NCBI RefSeq assembly: GCF_009914755.1
Contig: NC_060925.1
Reading direction: 5' to 3' (one strand)
Source of the DNA: the human T2T-CHM13v2.0 reference genome, Homo sapiens
Length of the DNA stretch: 64,000 nucleotides
Of the stretch, positions 1-15,100 are shown piece by piece. The notes under the pieces are model-generated. The model searched no databases, had not been told where the DNA came from, and saw only the letters and a program-made list of their open reading frames with translations. Position 1 is the first letter of the stretch, and every line of letters starts with the position of its first letter. Made by a program: the position numbers and the translations under genes.

Positions 1-699
1 CACCATCGAATTGAAACGAATGGAATTATCATGAAATTGAAATGGATGGACTCATCATCGAATGGATTCGAATGGAATCATCGAATAAAATTGATTGAAA
101 TCATCATCCAATGGAATCGAATGGTATCATTGAATGGAATCGAATGGAATCATCATCAGATGGAAATGAATGGAATCGTCATAGAATGGAATCGAATGGA
201 TTCATTGAATGGAATCAGATGGAATCATCGAATGGACTGGAATGGAATCATTGAATGGACTCGAAAGGGATCATTATTGAATGGAATTGAATGGAATCAT
301 CGAATGGTCTCGATTGGAATCATTATCAAATGGAATCGAATGGAATCACGGAATAGAATCGAATGGAACAATCATCGAATGGACTCAAATGGAATTATCC
401 TCCAATGGAATCGAATGGAATTATCGAATGCAATCGAATGGAATTATCGAATGCAATCGAATAGAATCATCGAATGGACTCGAATGGAATCATCGAATGG
501 AATGGAATGGAACAGTCAATGAACTCGAATGGAATCATCATTGAATGGAATCGAATGGAATCATCGAGTGGAATCGAATGGAATTATGATCAAATGGAAC
601 CGAATGTAATCCTCATCAAATGGAATCAAAAATAACCATCATCAATTGGTATTGAATGGAATTGTCATCAAATGGAATTCAAAGGAATCATCATCAAAT

Positions 700-1660
700 G
701 GAACCGAATGGAATCCTCATTGAATGGAAATGAAAGGGGTCATCATCTAATGGAATCGCATGGAATCATCATCAAATGGAATCGAATGGAATCATCATCA
801 AATGGAATCTAATGGAATCATTGAACAGAATTGAATGGAATCGTCATCGAATGAATTGAATGCAATCATCGAATGGTCTCGAATGGAATCATCTTCTAAT
901 GGAAAGGAATGGAATCATCGCATAGAATCGAATGGAATTATCATCGAATGGAATCGAATGGTATCAACACCAAACGGAAAAAAACGGAATTATCGAATGG
1001 AATCGAAGAGAATCTTCGAATGGACCCGAATGGAATCATCTAATGGAATGGAATGGAATAATCCATGGACTCGAATGCAATCATCATCGAATGGAATCGA
1101 ATGGAATCATCGAATGGACTCGAATGGAATAATCATTGAACGGAATCGAATGGAATCATCATCGGATGGAAACGAATGGAATCATCATCGAATGGAAATG
1201 AAAGGAGTCATCATCTAATGGAATTGCATGGAATCATCATAAAATGGAATCGAATGGAATCAACATCAAATGGAATCAAATGGAATCATTGAACGGAATT
1301 GAATGAAATCGTCATCGAATGAATTGAATGCAATCATCGAATGGTCTCGAATGGAATCATCTTCAAATGGAATGGAATGGAATCATCGCATAGAATCGAA
1401 TGGAATTATCATCGAATGGAATCGAATGGAATCAACATCAAACGGAAAAAAAAGTAATTATCGAATGGAATCGAAGAGAATCATCGAATGGACCCGAATG
1501 GAATCATCTAATGGAATGGAATGGAATAATCCATGGACTCGAATGCAATCATCATCGAATGGAATCGAATGGAATCATCGAATGGACTCGAATGGAATAA
1601 TCATTGAACGGAATCGAATGGAATCATCATCGGATGGAAATGAATGGAATCATCATCGAA
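700..1660. repeat. Internal 468-bp tandem module (two diverged copies, A and B) inside the 1,776-bp unit
   Basis: GGAAATGAAAGG(G/A)GTCATC at ~726 and ~1194; pseudo-ORF starts 835/1303, 2611/3079 and 5525/5993 all differ by 468. A-type: TCTAATGGAAAGG, GGTATCAAC, ATCTTCGAA. B-type: TCAAATGGAATGG, GGAATCAAC, ATCATCGAA. Edges are approximate. Confidence 0.93.
810..820 (+). promoter_or_regulatory. Putative DUX4-type double-homeodomain motif TAATGGAATCA (example; about two per canonical unit)
   Basis: Matches the degenerate DUX4 consensus TAAYBBAATCA, with a second copy at 1743-1753. DUX4 binding to and activation of HSATII is established, but occupancy of these particular sites is not shown by sequence. 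Confidence 0.4.
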
Positions 1661-2293
1661 TGGAATCGAATAGAATTATGGAATGAAATCCAGTGTGATC
1701 ATCATCGAATGGACCCGAATGGAATCATCATCCAACGGAAGCTAATGGAATCAACATCGAATGAATCAAATGGAAACACCATCGAATTGAAACGAATGGA
1801 ATTATCATGAAATTGAAATGGATGGACTCATCATCGAATGGATTCGAATGGAATCATCGAATAAAATTGATTGAAATCATCATCGAATGGAATCGAATGG
1901 TATCATTGAATGGAATCGAATGGAATCATCATCAGATGGAAATGAATGGAATCGTCATAGAATGGAATCGAATGGATTCATTGAATGGAATCAGATGGAA
2001 TCATCGAATGGACTGGAATGGAATCATTGAATGGACTCGAAAGGGATCATGATTGAATGGAATTGAATGGAATCATCGAATGGTCTCGATTGGAATCATT
2101 ATCAAATGGAATCGAATGGAATCACCGAATAGAATCGAATGGAACAATCATCGAATGGACTCAAATGGAATTATCCTCAAATGGAATCGAATGGAATTAT
2201 CGAATGCAATCGAATGGAATTATCGAATGCAATCGAATAGAATCATCGAATGGACTCGAATGGAATCATCGAATGGAATGGAATGGAACAGTC

Positions 2294-4569
2294 AATGAAC
2301 TCGAATGGAATCATCATTGAATGGAATCGAATGGAATCATCGAGTGGAATCGAATGGAATTATGATCAAATGGAATCGAATGTAATCCTCATCAAATGGA
2401 ATCAAAAATAACCATCATCAATTGGTATTGAATGGAATTGTCATCAAATGGAATTCAAAGGAATCATCATCAAATGGAACCGAATGGAATCCTCATTGAA
2501 TGGAAATGAAAGGGGTCATCATCTAATGGAATCGCATGGAATCATCATCAAATGGAATCGAATGGAATCATCATCAAATGGAATCTAATGGAATCATTGA
2601 ACAGAATTGAATGGAATCGTCATCGAATGAATTGAATGCAATCATCGAATGGTCTCGAATGGAATCATCTTCTAATGGAAAGGAATGGAATCATCGCATA
2701 GAATCGAATGGAATTATCATCGAATGGAATCGAATGGTATCAACATCAAACGGAAAAAAACGGAATTATCGAATGGAATCGAAGAGAATCTTCGAACGGA
2801 CCCGAATGGAATCATCTAATGGAATGGAATGGAATAATCCATGGACTCGAATGCAATCATCATCGAATGGAATGGAATGGAATCATCGAATGGACTCGAA
2901 TGGAATAATCATTGAACGGAATCGAATGGAATCATCATTGGATGGAAACGAATGGAATCATCATCGAATGGAAATGAAAGGAGTCATCATCTAATGGAAT
3001 TGCATGGAATCATCATAAAATGGAATCGAATGGAATCAACATCAAATGGAATCAAATGGAATCATTGAACGGAATTGAATGGAATCGTCATCGAATGAAT
3101 TGACTGCAATCATCGAATGGTCTCGAATGGAATCATCTTCAAATGGAATGGAATGGAATCATCGCATAGAATCGAATGGAATTATCATCGAATGGAATCG
3201 AATGGTATCAACACCAAACGGAAAAAAACGGAATTATCGAATGGAATCGAAGAGAATCTTCGAACGGACCCGAATGGAATCATCTAATGGAATGGAATGG
3301 AATAATCCATGGACTCGAATGCAATCATCATCGAATGGAATCGAATGGAATCATCGAATGGACTCGAATGGAATAATCATTGAACGGAATCGAATGGAAT
3401 CATCATCGGATGGAAACGAATGGAATCATCGAATGAACTCGAATGGAATCATCATTGAATGGAATCGAATGGAATCATCGAGTGGAATCGAATGGAATTA
3501 TGATCAAATGGAATCGAATGTAATCATCATCAAATGGAATCAAAAATAACCATCATCAATTGGTATTGAATGGAATTGTCATCAAATGGAATTCAAAGGA
3601 ATCATCATCAAATGGAACCGAATGGAATCCTCATTGAATGGAAATGAAAGGGGTCATCATCTAATGGAATCGCATGGAATCATCACCAAATGGAATCGAA
3701 TGGAATCATCATCAAATGGAATCTAATGGAATCATTGAACAGAATTGAATGGAATCGTCATCGAATGAATTGAATGCAATCATCGAATGGTCTCGAATGG
3801 AATCATCTTCTAATGGAAAGGAATGGAATCATCGCATAGAATCGAATGGAATTATCATCGAATGGAATCGAATGGTATCAACACCAAACGGAAAAAAACG
3901 GAATTATCGAATGGAATCGAAGAGAATCTTCGAACGGACCCGAATGGAATCATCTAATGGAATGGAATGGAATAATCCATGGACTCGAATGCAATCATCA
4001 TCGAATGGAATCGAATGGAATCATCGAATGGACTCAAATGGAATAATCATTGAACGGAATCGAATGGAATCATCATCGGATGGAAACGAATGGAATCATC
4101 ATCGAATGGAAATGAAAGGAGTCATCATCTAATGGAATTGCATGGAATCATCATAAAATGGAATCGAATGGAATCAACATCAAATGGAATCAAATGGAAT
4201 CATTGAACGGAATTGAATGGAATCGTCATCGAATGAATTGACTGCAATCATCGAATGGTCTCGAATGGAATCATCTTCAAATGGAATGGAATGGAATCAT
4301 CGCATAGAATCGAATGGAATTATCATCGAATGGAATCGAATGGAATCAACATCAAACGGAAATAAAAGGAATTATCGAATGGAATCGAAGAGAATCATCG
4401 AATGGACCCGAATGGAATCATCTAATGGAATGGAATGGAATAATCCATGGACTCGAATGCAATCATCATCGAATGGAATCGAATGGAATCATCGAATGGA
4501 CTCGAATGGAATAATCATTGAACGGAATCGAATGGAATCATCATCGGATGGAAATGAATGGAATCATCA
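2294..4569. repeat. 1,138-bp register jump producing a 2,914-bp unit
   Basis: AATGAACTCGAATGG at 2294 recurs at 3432 directly after a module-end GGAAACGAATGGAATCATCG. Module starts 2611/3749 and 3079/4217 differ by 1138, and 4721-1807=2914=1776+1138. Confidence 0.88.
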
Positions 4570-7500
4570 TCGAATGGAATCGAATAGAATTATGGAATGA
4601 AATCCAGTGTGATCATCATCGAATGGACCCGAATGGAATCATCATCCAACGGAAGCTAATGGAATCAACATCGAATGAATCGAATGGAAACACCATCGAA
4701 TTGAAACGAATGGAATTATCATGAAATTGAAATGGATGGACTCATCATCGAATGGATTCGAATGGAATCATCGAATAAAATTGATTGAAATCATCATCCA
4801 ATGGAATCGAATGGTATCATTGAATGGAATCGAATGGAATCATCATCAGATGGAAATGAATGGAATCGTCATAGAATGGAATCGAATGGATTCATTGAAT
4901 GGAATCAGATGGAATCATCGAATGGACTGGAATGGAATCATTGAATGGACTCGAAAGGGATCATGATTGAATGGAATTGAATGGAATCATCGAATGGTCT
5001 CGATTGGAATCATTATCAAATGGAATCGAATGGAATCACCGAATAGAATCGAATGGAACAATCATCGAATGGACTCAAATGGAATTATCCTCAAATGGAA
5101 TCGAATGGAATTATCGAATGCAATCGAATGGAATTATCGAATGCAATCGAATAGAATCATCGAATGGACTCGAATGGAATCATCGAATGGAATGGAATGG
5201 AACAGTCAATGAACACGAATGGAATCATCATTGAATGGAATCGAATGGAATCATCGAGTGGAATCGAATGGAATTATGATCAAATGGAATCGAATGTAAT
5301 CATCATCAAATGGAATCAAAAATAACCATCATCAATTGGTATTGAATGGAATTGTCATCAAATGGAATTCAAAGGAATCATCATCAAATGGAACCGAATG
5401 GAATCCTCATTGAATGGAAATGAAAGGGGTCATCATCTAATGGAATCGCATGGAATCATCATCAAATGGAATCGAATGGAATCATCATCAAATGGAATCT
5501 AATGGAATCATTGAACAGAATTGAATGGAATCGTCATCGAATGAATTGAATGCAATCATCGAATGGTCTCGAATGGAATCATCTTCTAATGGAAAGGAAT
5601 GGAATCATCGCATAGAATCGAATGGAATTATCATCGAATGGAATCGAATGGTATCAACACCAAACGGAAAAAAACGGAATTATCGAATGGAATCGAAGAG
5701 AATCTTCGAACGGACCCGAATGGAATCATCTAATGGAATGGAATGGAATAATCCATGGACTCGAATGCAATCATCATCGAATGGAATCGAATGGAATCAT
5801 CGAATGGACTCGAATGGAATAATCATTGAACGGAATCGAATGGAATCATCATCGGATGGAAACGAATGGAATCATCATCGAATGGAAATGAAAGGAGTCA
5901 TCATCTAATGCAATTGCATGGAATCATCATCAAATGGAATCGAATGGAATCAACATCAAATGGAATCTAATGGAATCATTGAACAGAATTGAATGGAATC
6001 GTCATCGAATGAATTGACTGCAATCATCGAATGGTCTCGAATGGAATCATCTTCTAATGGAAAGGAATGGAATCATCGCATAGAATCGAATGGAATTATC
6101 ATCGAATGGAATCGAATGGTATCAACACCAAACGGAAAAAAACGGAATTATCGAAAGGAATCGAAGAGAATCTTCGAACGGACCCGAATGGAATCATCTA
6201 ATGGAATGGAATGGAATAATCCATGGACTCGAATGAAATCATCATCGAATGGAATCGAATGGAATCATCAAATGGACTCGAATGGAATAATCATTGAACG
6301 GAATCGAATGGAATCATCATCGGATGGAAATGAATGGAATCATCATCGAATGGAATCGAATAGAATTATGGAATGAAATCCAGTGTGATCATCATCGAAT
6401 GGACCCGAATGGAATCATCATCCAACAGAAGCTAATGGAATCAACATCGAATGAATCGAATGGAAACACCATCGAATTCAAACGAATGGAATTACCATGA
6501 AATTGAAATGGATGGACTCATCATCGAATGGATTCGGATGGAATCATCGAATAAAATTGATTGAAATCATCATCGAATGGAATCGAATGGTATCATTGAA
6601 TGGAATCGAATGGAATCATCATCAGATGGAAATGAATCGAATCGTCATAGAATGGAATCGAATGGATTCATTGAATGGAATCAGATGGAATCATCGAATG
6701 GACTGGAATGGAATCATTGAATGGACTCGAAAGGGATCATGATTGAATGGAATTGAATGGAATCATCGAATGGTCTCGATTGGAATCATTATTAAATGGA
6801 ATCGAATGGAATCACCGAATAGAATCGAATGGAACAATCATCGAATGGACTCAAATGGAATTATCCTCAAATGGAATCGAATGGAATTATCAAATGCAAT
6901 CGAATGGAATTATCGAATGCAATCGAATAGAATCATCGAATGGACTCGAATGGAATCATCGAATGGAATGGAATGGAACAGTCAATGAACTCGAATGGAA
7001 TCATCATTGAATGGAATCGAATGTAATCATCGAGTGGAATCGAATGGAATTATGATCAAATGGAATCGAATGTAATCATCATCAAATGGAATCAAAAATA
7101 ACCATCATCAATTGGTATTGAATGGAATTGTCATCAAATGGAATTCAAAGGAATCATCATCAAATGGAACCGAATGGAATCCTCATTGAATGGAAATGAA
7201 AGGGGTCATCATCTAATGGAATCGCATGGAATCATCATCAAATGGAATCGAATGGAATCATCATCAAATGGAATCTAATGGAATCATTGAACAGAATTGA
7301 ATGGAATCGTCATCGAATGAATTGAATGCAATCATCGAATGGTCTCGAATGGAATCATCTTCTAATGGAAAGGAATGGAATCATCGCATAGAATCGAATG
7401 GAATTATCATCGAATGGAATCGAATGGTATCAACACCAAACGGAAAAAAACGGAATTATCGAATGGAATCGAAGAGAATCTTCGAACGGACCCGAATGGA

Positions 7501-10500
7501 ATCATCTAATGGAATGGAATGGAATAATCCATGGACTCGAATGCAATCATCATCGAATGGAATGGAATGGAATCATCGAATGGACTCGAATGGAATAATC
7601 ATTGAACGGAATCGAATGGAATCATCATCGGATGGAAACGAATGGAATCATCATCGAATGGAAATGAAAGGAGTCATCATCTAATGGAATTGCATGGAAT
7701 CATCATAAAATGGAATCGAATGGAATCAACATCAAATGGAATCAAATGGAATCATTGAACGGAATTGAATGGAATCGTTATCGAATGAATTGACTGCAAT
7801 CATCGAATGGTCTCCAATGGAATCATCTTCAAATGGAATGGAATGGAATCATCGCATAGAATCGAATGGAATTATCATCGAATGGAATCGAATGGAATCA
7901 ACATCAAACGGAAAAAAACAGAATTATCGTATGGAATCGAAGAGAATCATCGAGTGGACCCGAATGGAATCATCTAATGGAATGGAATGGAATAATCCAT
8001 GGACTCGAATGCAATCATCATCGAATGGAATCGAATGGAATCATCGAATGGACTCGAATGGAATAATCATTGAACGGAATCGAATGGAATCATCATCGGA
8101 TGGAAATGAATGGAATCATCATCGAATGGAATCGAATAGAATTATGGAATGAAATCCAGTGTGATCATCATCGAATGGACCCGAATGGAATCATCATCCA
8201 ACGGAAGCTAATGGAATCAACATCGAATGAATCGAATGGAAACACCATCGAATTGAAACGAATGGAATTATCATGAAATTGAAATGGATGGACTCATCAT
8301 CGAATGGATTCGAATGGAATCATCGAATAAAATTGATTGAAATCATCATCCAATGGAATCGAATGGTATCATTGAATGGAATCGAATGGAATCATCATCA
8401 GATGGAAATGAATGGAATCGTCGTAGAATGGAATCGAATGGATTCATTGAATGGAATCAGATGGAATCATCGAATGGACTGGAATGGAATCATTGAATGG
8501 ACTCGAAAGGGATCATGATTGAATGGAATTGAATGGAATCATCGAATGGTCTCGATTGGAATCATTATCAAATGGAATCGAATGGAATCACCGAATAGAA
8601 TCGAATGGAACAATCATCAAATGGACTCAAATGGAATTATCCTCAAATGGAATCGAATGGAATTATCGAATGCAATCGAATGGAATTATCGAATGCAATC
8701 GAATAGAATCATCGAAAGGACTCGAATGGAATCATCGAATGGAATGGAATGGAACAGTCAATGAACTCGAATGGAATCATCATTGAATGGAATCGAATGG
8801 AATCATCGAGTGGAATCGAATGGAATTATGATCAAATGGAATCGAATGTAATCATCATCAAATGGAATCAAAAATAACCATCATCAATTGGTATTGAATG
8901 GAATTGTCATCAAATGGAATTCAAAGGAATCATCATCAAATGGAACCGAATGGAATCCTCATTGAATGGAAATGAAAGGGGTCATCATCTAATGGAATCG
9001 CATGGAATCATCATCAAATGGAATCGAATGGAATCATCATCAAATGGAATCTAATGGAATCATTGAACAGAATTGAATGGAATCGTCATCGAATGAATTG
9101 AATGCAATCATCGAATGGTCTCGAATGGAATCATCTTCTAATGGAAAGGAATGGAATCATCGCATAGAATCGAATGGAATTATCATCGAATGGAATCGAA
9201 TGGTATCAACACCAAACGGAAAAAAACGGAATTATCGAATGGAATCGAAGAGAATCTTCGAACGGACCCGAATGGAATCATCTAATGGAATGGAATGGAA
9301 TAATCCATGGACTCGAATGCAATCATCATCGAATGGAATGGAATGGAATCATCGAATGGACTCGAATGGAATAATCATTGAACGGAATCGAATGGAATCA
9401 TCATCGGATGGAAACGAATGGAATCATCATCGAATGGAAATGAAAGGAGTCATCATCTAATGGAATTGCATGGAATCATCATAAAATGGAATCGAATGGA
9501 ATCAACATCAAATGGAATCAAATGGAATCATTGAACGGAATTGAATGGAATCGTCATCGAATGAATTGACTGCAATCATCGAATGTTCTCGAATGGAATC
9601 ATCTTCAAATGGAATGGAATGGAATCATCGCATAGAATCGAATGGAATTATCATCGAATGGAATCGAATGGAATCAACATCAAACGGAAAAAAACGGAAT
9701 TATCGTATGGAATCGAAGAGAATCATCGAATGGACCCGAATGGAATCATCTAATGGAATGGAATGGAATAATCCATGGACTCGAATGCAATCATCATCGA
9801 ATGAAATCGAATGGAATCATCGAATGGACTCGAATGGAATAATCATTGAACGGAATCGAATGGAATCATCATCGGATGGAAATGAATGGAATCATCATCG
9901 AATGGAATCGAATAGAATTATGGAATGAAATCCAGTGTGATCATCATCGAATGGACCCGAATGGAATCATCATCCAACGGAAGCTAATGGAATCAACATC
10001 GAATGAATCAAATGGAAACACCATCGAATTGAAACGAATGGAATTATCATGAAATTGAAATGGATGGACTCATCATCGAATGGATTCGAATGGAATCATC
10101 GAATAAAATTGATTGAAATCATCATCGAATGGAATCGAATGGTATCATTGAATGGAATCGAATGGAATCATCATCAGATGGAAATGAATGGAATCGTCAT
10201 AGAATGGAATCGAATGGATTCATTGAATGGAATCAGATGGAATCATCGAATGGACTGGAATGGAATCATTGAATGGACTCGAAAGGGATCATGATTGAAT
10301 GGAATTGAATGGAATCATGGAATGGTCTCGATTGGAATCATTATCAAATGGAATCGAATGGAATCACCGAATAGAATCGAATGGAACAATCATCGAATGG
10401 ACTCAAATGGAATTATCCTCAAATGGAATCGAATGGAATTATCGAATGCAATCGAATGGAATTATCGAATGCAATCGAATAGAATCATCGAAAGGACTCG

Positions 10501-11738
10501 AATGGAATCATCGAATGGAATGGAATGGAACAGTCAATGAACTCGAATGGAATCATCATTGAATGGAATCGAATGGAATCATCGAGTGGAATCGAATGGA
10601 ATTATGATCAAATGGAATCGAATGTAATCATCATCAAATGGAATCAAAAATAACCATCATCAATTGGTATTGAATGGAATTGTCATCAAATGGAATTCAA
10701 AGGAATCATCATCAAATGGAACCGAATGGAATCCTCATTGAATGGAAATGAAAGGGGTCATCATCTAATGGAATCGCATGGAATCATCATCAAATGGAAT
10801 CGAATGGAATCATCATCAAATGGAATCTAATGGAATCATTGAACAGAATTGAATGGAATCGTCATCGAATGAATTGAATGCAATCATCGAATGGTCTCGA
10901 ATGGAATCATCTTCTAATGGAAAGGAATGGAATCATCGCATAGAATCGAATGGAATTATCATCGAATGGAATCGAATGGTATCAACACCAAACGGAAAAA
11001 AACGGAATTATCGAATGGAATCGAAGAGAATCTTCGAACGGACCCGAATGGAATCATCTAATGGAATGGAATGGAATAATCCATGGACTCGAATGCAATC
11101 ACCATCGAATGGAATCGAATGGAATCATCGAATGGACTCGAATGGAATAATCATTGAACGGAATCGAATGGAATCATCATCGGATGGAAATGAATGGAAT
11201 CATCATCGAATGGAATCGAATAGAATTATGGAATGAAATCCAGTGTGATCATCATCGAATGGACCCGAATGGAATCATCATCCAACGGAAGCTAATGGAA
11301 TCAACATCGAATGAATCGAATGGAAACACCATCGAATTGAAACGAATGGAATTATCATGAAATTGAAATGGATGGACTCATCATCGAATGGATTCGAATG
11401 GAATCATCGAATAAAATTGATTGAAATCATCATCAAATGGAATCGAATGGTATCATTGAATGGAATCGAATGGAATCATCATCAGATGGAAATGAATGGA
11501 ATCGTCATAGAATGGAATCGAATGGATTCATTGAATGGAATCAGATGGAATCATCGAATGGACTGGAATGGAATCATTGAATGGACTCGAAAGGGATCAT
11601 TATTGAATGGAATTGAATGGAATCATCGAATGGTCTCGATTGGAATCATTACCAAATGGAATCGAATGGAATCACCGAATAGAATCGAATGGAACAATCA
11701 TCGAATGGACTCAAATGGAATTATCCTCCAATGGAATC

Positions 11739-11807
11739 AAATGGAATTATCGAATGCAATCGAATGGAATTATCGAATGCAATCGAATGGAATTATCGAA
11801 TGCAATC
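11739..11807. repeat. Three tandem copies of a 23-bp monomer (normally two)
   Basis: (G/A)AATGGAATTATCGAATGCAATC x3 explains the 1,799-bp unit (1776+23). The same expansion is present at ~29988-30056. Confidence 0.9.
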
Positions 11808-12183
11808 GAATAGAATCATCGAATGGACTCGAATGGAATCATCGAATGGAATGGAATGGAACAGTCAATGAACTTGAATGGAATCATCATTGAATGGAAT
11901 CGAATGGAATCATCGAGTGGAATCGAATGGAATTATGATCAAATGGAATCTAATGGAATCATCATCAAATGGAATCAAAAATAACCATCATCAATTGGTA
12001 TTGAATGGAATTGTCATCAAATGGAATTCAAAGGAATCATCATCAAATGGAAACGAATGGAATCCTCATTGAATGGAAATGAAAGGGGTCATCATCTAAT
12101 GGAATCGCATGGAATCATCATCAAATGGAATCGAATGGAATCATCATCAAATGGAATCTAATGGAATCATTGAACAGAATTGA

Positions 12184-15100
12184 ATGGAATCGTCATCGAA
12201 TGAATTGAATGCAATCATCGAATGGTCTCGAATGGAATCATCTTCTAATGGAAAGGAATGGAATCATCGCATAGAATCGAATGGAATTATCATCGAATGG
12301 AATCGAATGGTATCAACACCAAACGGAAAAAAACGGAATTATCGAATGGAATCGAAGAGAATCTTCGAACGGACCCGAATGGAATCATCTAATGGAATGG
12401 AATGGAATAATCCATGGACTCGAATGCAATCATCATCGAATGGAATCGAATGGAGTCATCGAATGGACTCGAATGGAATAATCATTGAACGGAATCGAAT
12501 GGAATCATCATCGGATGGAAACGAATGGAATCATCATCGAATGGAAATGAAAGGAGTCATCATCTAATGGAATTGCATGGAATCATCATAAAATGGAATC
12601 GAATGGAATCAACATCAAATGGAATCAAATGGAATCATTGAACGGAATTGAATGGAATCGTCATCGAATGAATTGACTGCAATCATCGAATGGTCTCGAA
12701 TGGAATCATCTTCAAATGGAATGCAATGGAATCATCGCATAGAATCGAATGGAATTATCATCGAATGGAATCGAATGGAATCAACATCAAACGGAAAAAA
12801 ACAGAATTATCGTATGGAATCTAAGAGAATCATCGAATGGACCCGAATGGAATCATCTAATGGAATGGAATGGAATAATCCATGGACTCGAATGCAATCA
12901 TCATCGAATGGAATCGAATGGAATCATCGAATGGACTCGAATGGAATAATCATTGAACGGAATCGAATGGAATCATCATCGGATGGAAATGAATGGAATC
13001 ATCATCGAATGGAATCGAATAGAATTATGGAATGAAATCCAGTGTGATCATCATCGAATGGACCCGAATGGAATCATCATCCAACGGAAGCTAATGGAAT
13101 CAACATCGAATGAATCGAATGGAAACACCATCGAATTGAAACGAATGGAATTATCATGAAATTGAAATGGATGGACACATCATCGAATGGATTCGAATGG
13201 AATCATCGAATAAAATTGATTGAAATCATCATCAAATGGAATCGAATGGTATCATTGAATGGAATCGAATGGAATCATCATCAGATGGAAATGAATGGAA
13301 TCGTCATAGAATGGAATCGAATGGATTCATTGAATGGAATCAGATGGAATCATCGAATGGACTGGAATGGAATCATTGAATGGACTCGAAAGGGATCATT
13401 ATTGAATGGAATTGAATGGAATCATCGAATGGTCTCGATTGGAATCATTATCAAATGGAATCGAATGGAATCACCGAATAGAATCGAATGGAACAATCAT
13501 CGAATGGACTCAAATGGAATTATCCTCAAATGGAATCGAATGGAATTATCGAATGCAATCGAATGGAATTATCGAATGCAATCGAATAGAATCATCGAAT
13601 GGACTCGAATGGAATCATCGAATGGAATGGAATGGAACAGTCAATGAACTCGAATGGAATCATCATTGAATGGAATCGAATGGAATCATCGAGTGGAATC
13701 GAATGGAATTATGATCAAATGGAATCGAATGTAATCATCATCAAATGGAATCAAAAATAACCATCATCAATTGGTATTGAATGGAATTGTCATCAAATGG
13801 AATTCAAAGGAATCATCATCAAATGGAACCGAATGGAATCCTCATTGAATGGAAATGAAAGGGGTCATCATCTAATGGAATCGCATGGAATCATCATCAA
13901 ATGGAATCGAATGGAATCATCATCAAATGGAATCTAATGGAATCATTGAACAGAATTGAATGGAATCGTCATCGAATGAATTGAATGCAATCATCGAATG
14001 GTCTCGAATGGAATCATCTTCTAATGGAAAGGAATGGAATCATCGCATAGAATCGAATGGAATTATCATCGAATGGAATCGAATGGTATCAACATCAAAC
14101 GGAAAAAAACGGAATTATCAAATGGAATCGAAGAGAATCTTCGAACGGACCCGAATGGAATCATCTAATGGAATGGAATGGAATAATCCATGGACTCGAA
14201 TGCAATCATCATCGAATGGAATCGAATGGAATCATCGAATGGACTCGAATGGAATAATCATTGAACGGAATCGAATGGAATCATCATCGGATGGAAATGA
14301 ATGGAATCATCATCGAAGGGAAATGAAAGGAGTCATCATCTAATGGAATTGCATGGAATCATCATAAAATGGAATCGAATGGAATCAACATCAAATGGAA
14401 TCAAATGGAATCATTGAACGGAATTGAATGGAATCGTCATCGAATGAATTGACTGCAATCATCGAATGGTCTCGAATGGAATCATCTTCAAATGGAATGG
14501 AATGGAATCATCGCATAGAATCGAATGGAATTATCATCGAATGGAATCGAATGGAATCAACATCCAACGGAAAAAAACGGAATTATCGAATGGAATCGAA
14601 GAGAATCATCGAATGGACCCGAATGGAATCATCTAATGGAATGGAATGGAATAATCCATGGACTCGAATGCAATCATCATCGAATGGAATCGAATGGAAT
14701 CATCGAATGGACTCGAATGGAATAATCATTGAACGGAATCGAATGGAATCATCATCGGATGGAAATGAATGGAATCATCATCGAATGGAATCGAATAGAA
14801 TTATGGAATGAAATCCAGTGTGATCATCATCGAATGGACCCGAATGGAATCATCATCCAACGGAAGCTAATGGAATCAACATCGAATGAATCGAATGGAA
14901 ACACCATCGAATTGAAACGAATGGAATTATCATGAAATTGAAATGGATGGACTCATCATCGAATGGATTCGAATGGAATCATCGAATAAAATTGATTGAA
15001 ATCATCATCGAATGGAATCGAATGGTATCATTGAATGGAATCGAATGGAATCATCATCAGATGGAAATGAATGGAATCGTCATAGAATGGAATCGAATGG

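Larger units (their letters stand above)
31..1806. repeat. Canonical 1,776-bp repeat unit (1.77-kb unit typical of chr1q12 HSat2, D1Z1-like)
   Basis: The anchor ATGAAATTGAAATGGATGG recurs at 31 and 1807, and at 4721, 6497, 8273 and 10049 (spacing 1776). 13 of 32 complete units are exactly 1776 bp. There is one GAATTC (675-680) in this unit. The chr1 assignment rests on the known 1.77-kb EcoRI periodicity. Confidence 0.9.

Noticed and set aside
974-990. A7 tract CGGAAAAAAACGG as a terminator or retro-element poly(A) tail
   Set aside because: It has no preceding hairpin or element body. It is an allele of CGGAATCAAGCGG at the same position in C-type modules.
1604-2298. Operon-like overlapping stop/start (ATGA) between consecutive ORFs, such as 1604-1810 and 1807-2052
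   Set aside because: ATG and TGA are both abundant in this repeat, so the apparent translational coupling is coincidental. The context is eukaryotic heterochromatin.
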